A DNA stretch of 64,000 nucleotides. Origin: Octopus sinensis (lineage: Eukaryota). The translations under genes were made by a program, and so were the position numbers. The notes under the pieces are model-generated. The model searched no databases, was not told the origin of the DNA, and saw only the letters and a program-made list of their open reading frames with translations. The stretch is from contig NC_043007.1 of assembly GCF_006345805.1 (NCBI RefSeq), forward strand, positions 42,842,001-42,906,000, in the 5' to 3' direction. Shown here in pieces: positions 63,929 through 64,000 of this stretch (the first letter of the stretch is position 1; the number at the start of each line of letters is the position of its first letter).

Positions 63929-64000
63929 CTAGCAGTATCGCCCGGCGTTGCTCAGGTTTGTAAGGGAAATAACTATAAAGCATTTTCAGAGAGTTATAGC
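63929..64000 (-). mobile_element. Helitron 3' end, runs off the window
   Basis: CTAGCAGTATCGCCCGGCGTTGCTCAGGTTTGTAAGGGAAATAAC on the + strand, as at 53136 and 59139. Confidence 0.85.

Overview
AT-rich eukaryotic genomic DNA. The repeat families look like those of a coleoid cephalopod, probably Octopus (judged from recalled repeat sequences, not verified). The left 36 kb holds 15 internal coding exons of a TMEM87A/B-like gene (GOST family: GOLD domain plus 7 TM helices) on the minus strand. I traced them by hand as one continuous, stop-free frame of 1304 nt (about 434 aa). The signal-peptide exon was not found, and the 3' exons lie left of position 1. One intron (3731-4973) is a clear U12-type AT-AC minor intron. 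The rest of the window is transposon-derived: RTE LINEs with a PHD-type finger inside the RT region, an R4/Dong-like RLE fragment, a CR1 3' end, Penelope-like remnants carrying hammerhead-ribozyme cores, mariner/Tc1/pogo fossils, TTAA MITEs, many Helitrons (one with a PIF1 helicase fragment), tRNA-derived SINEs and microsatellites. Highlights are the minor intron, a tRNA-headed element with a hammerhead-like tail inside that intron, a Penelope remnant with inverted hammerhead-bearing pLTRs, a furin-like RRHTR site in the TMEM87 lumenal domain, and a young 165-bp inverted duplication. Alignments, identities and TE boundaries were read by eye and are approximate; exon boundaries were counted base by base.
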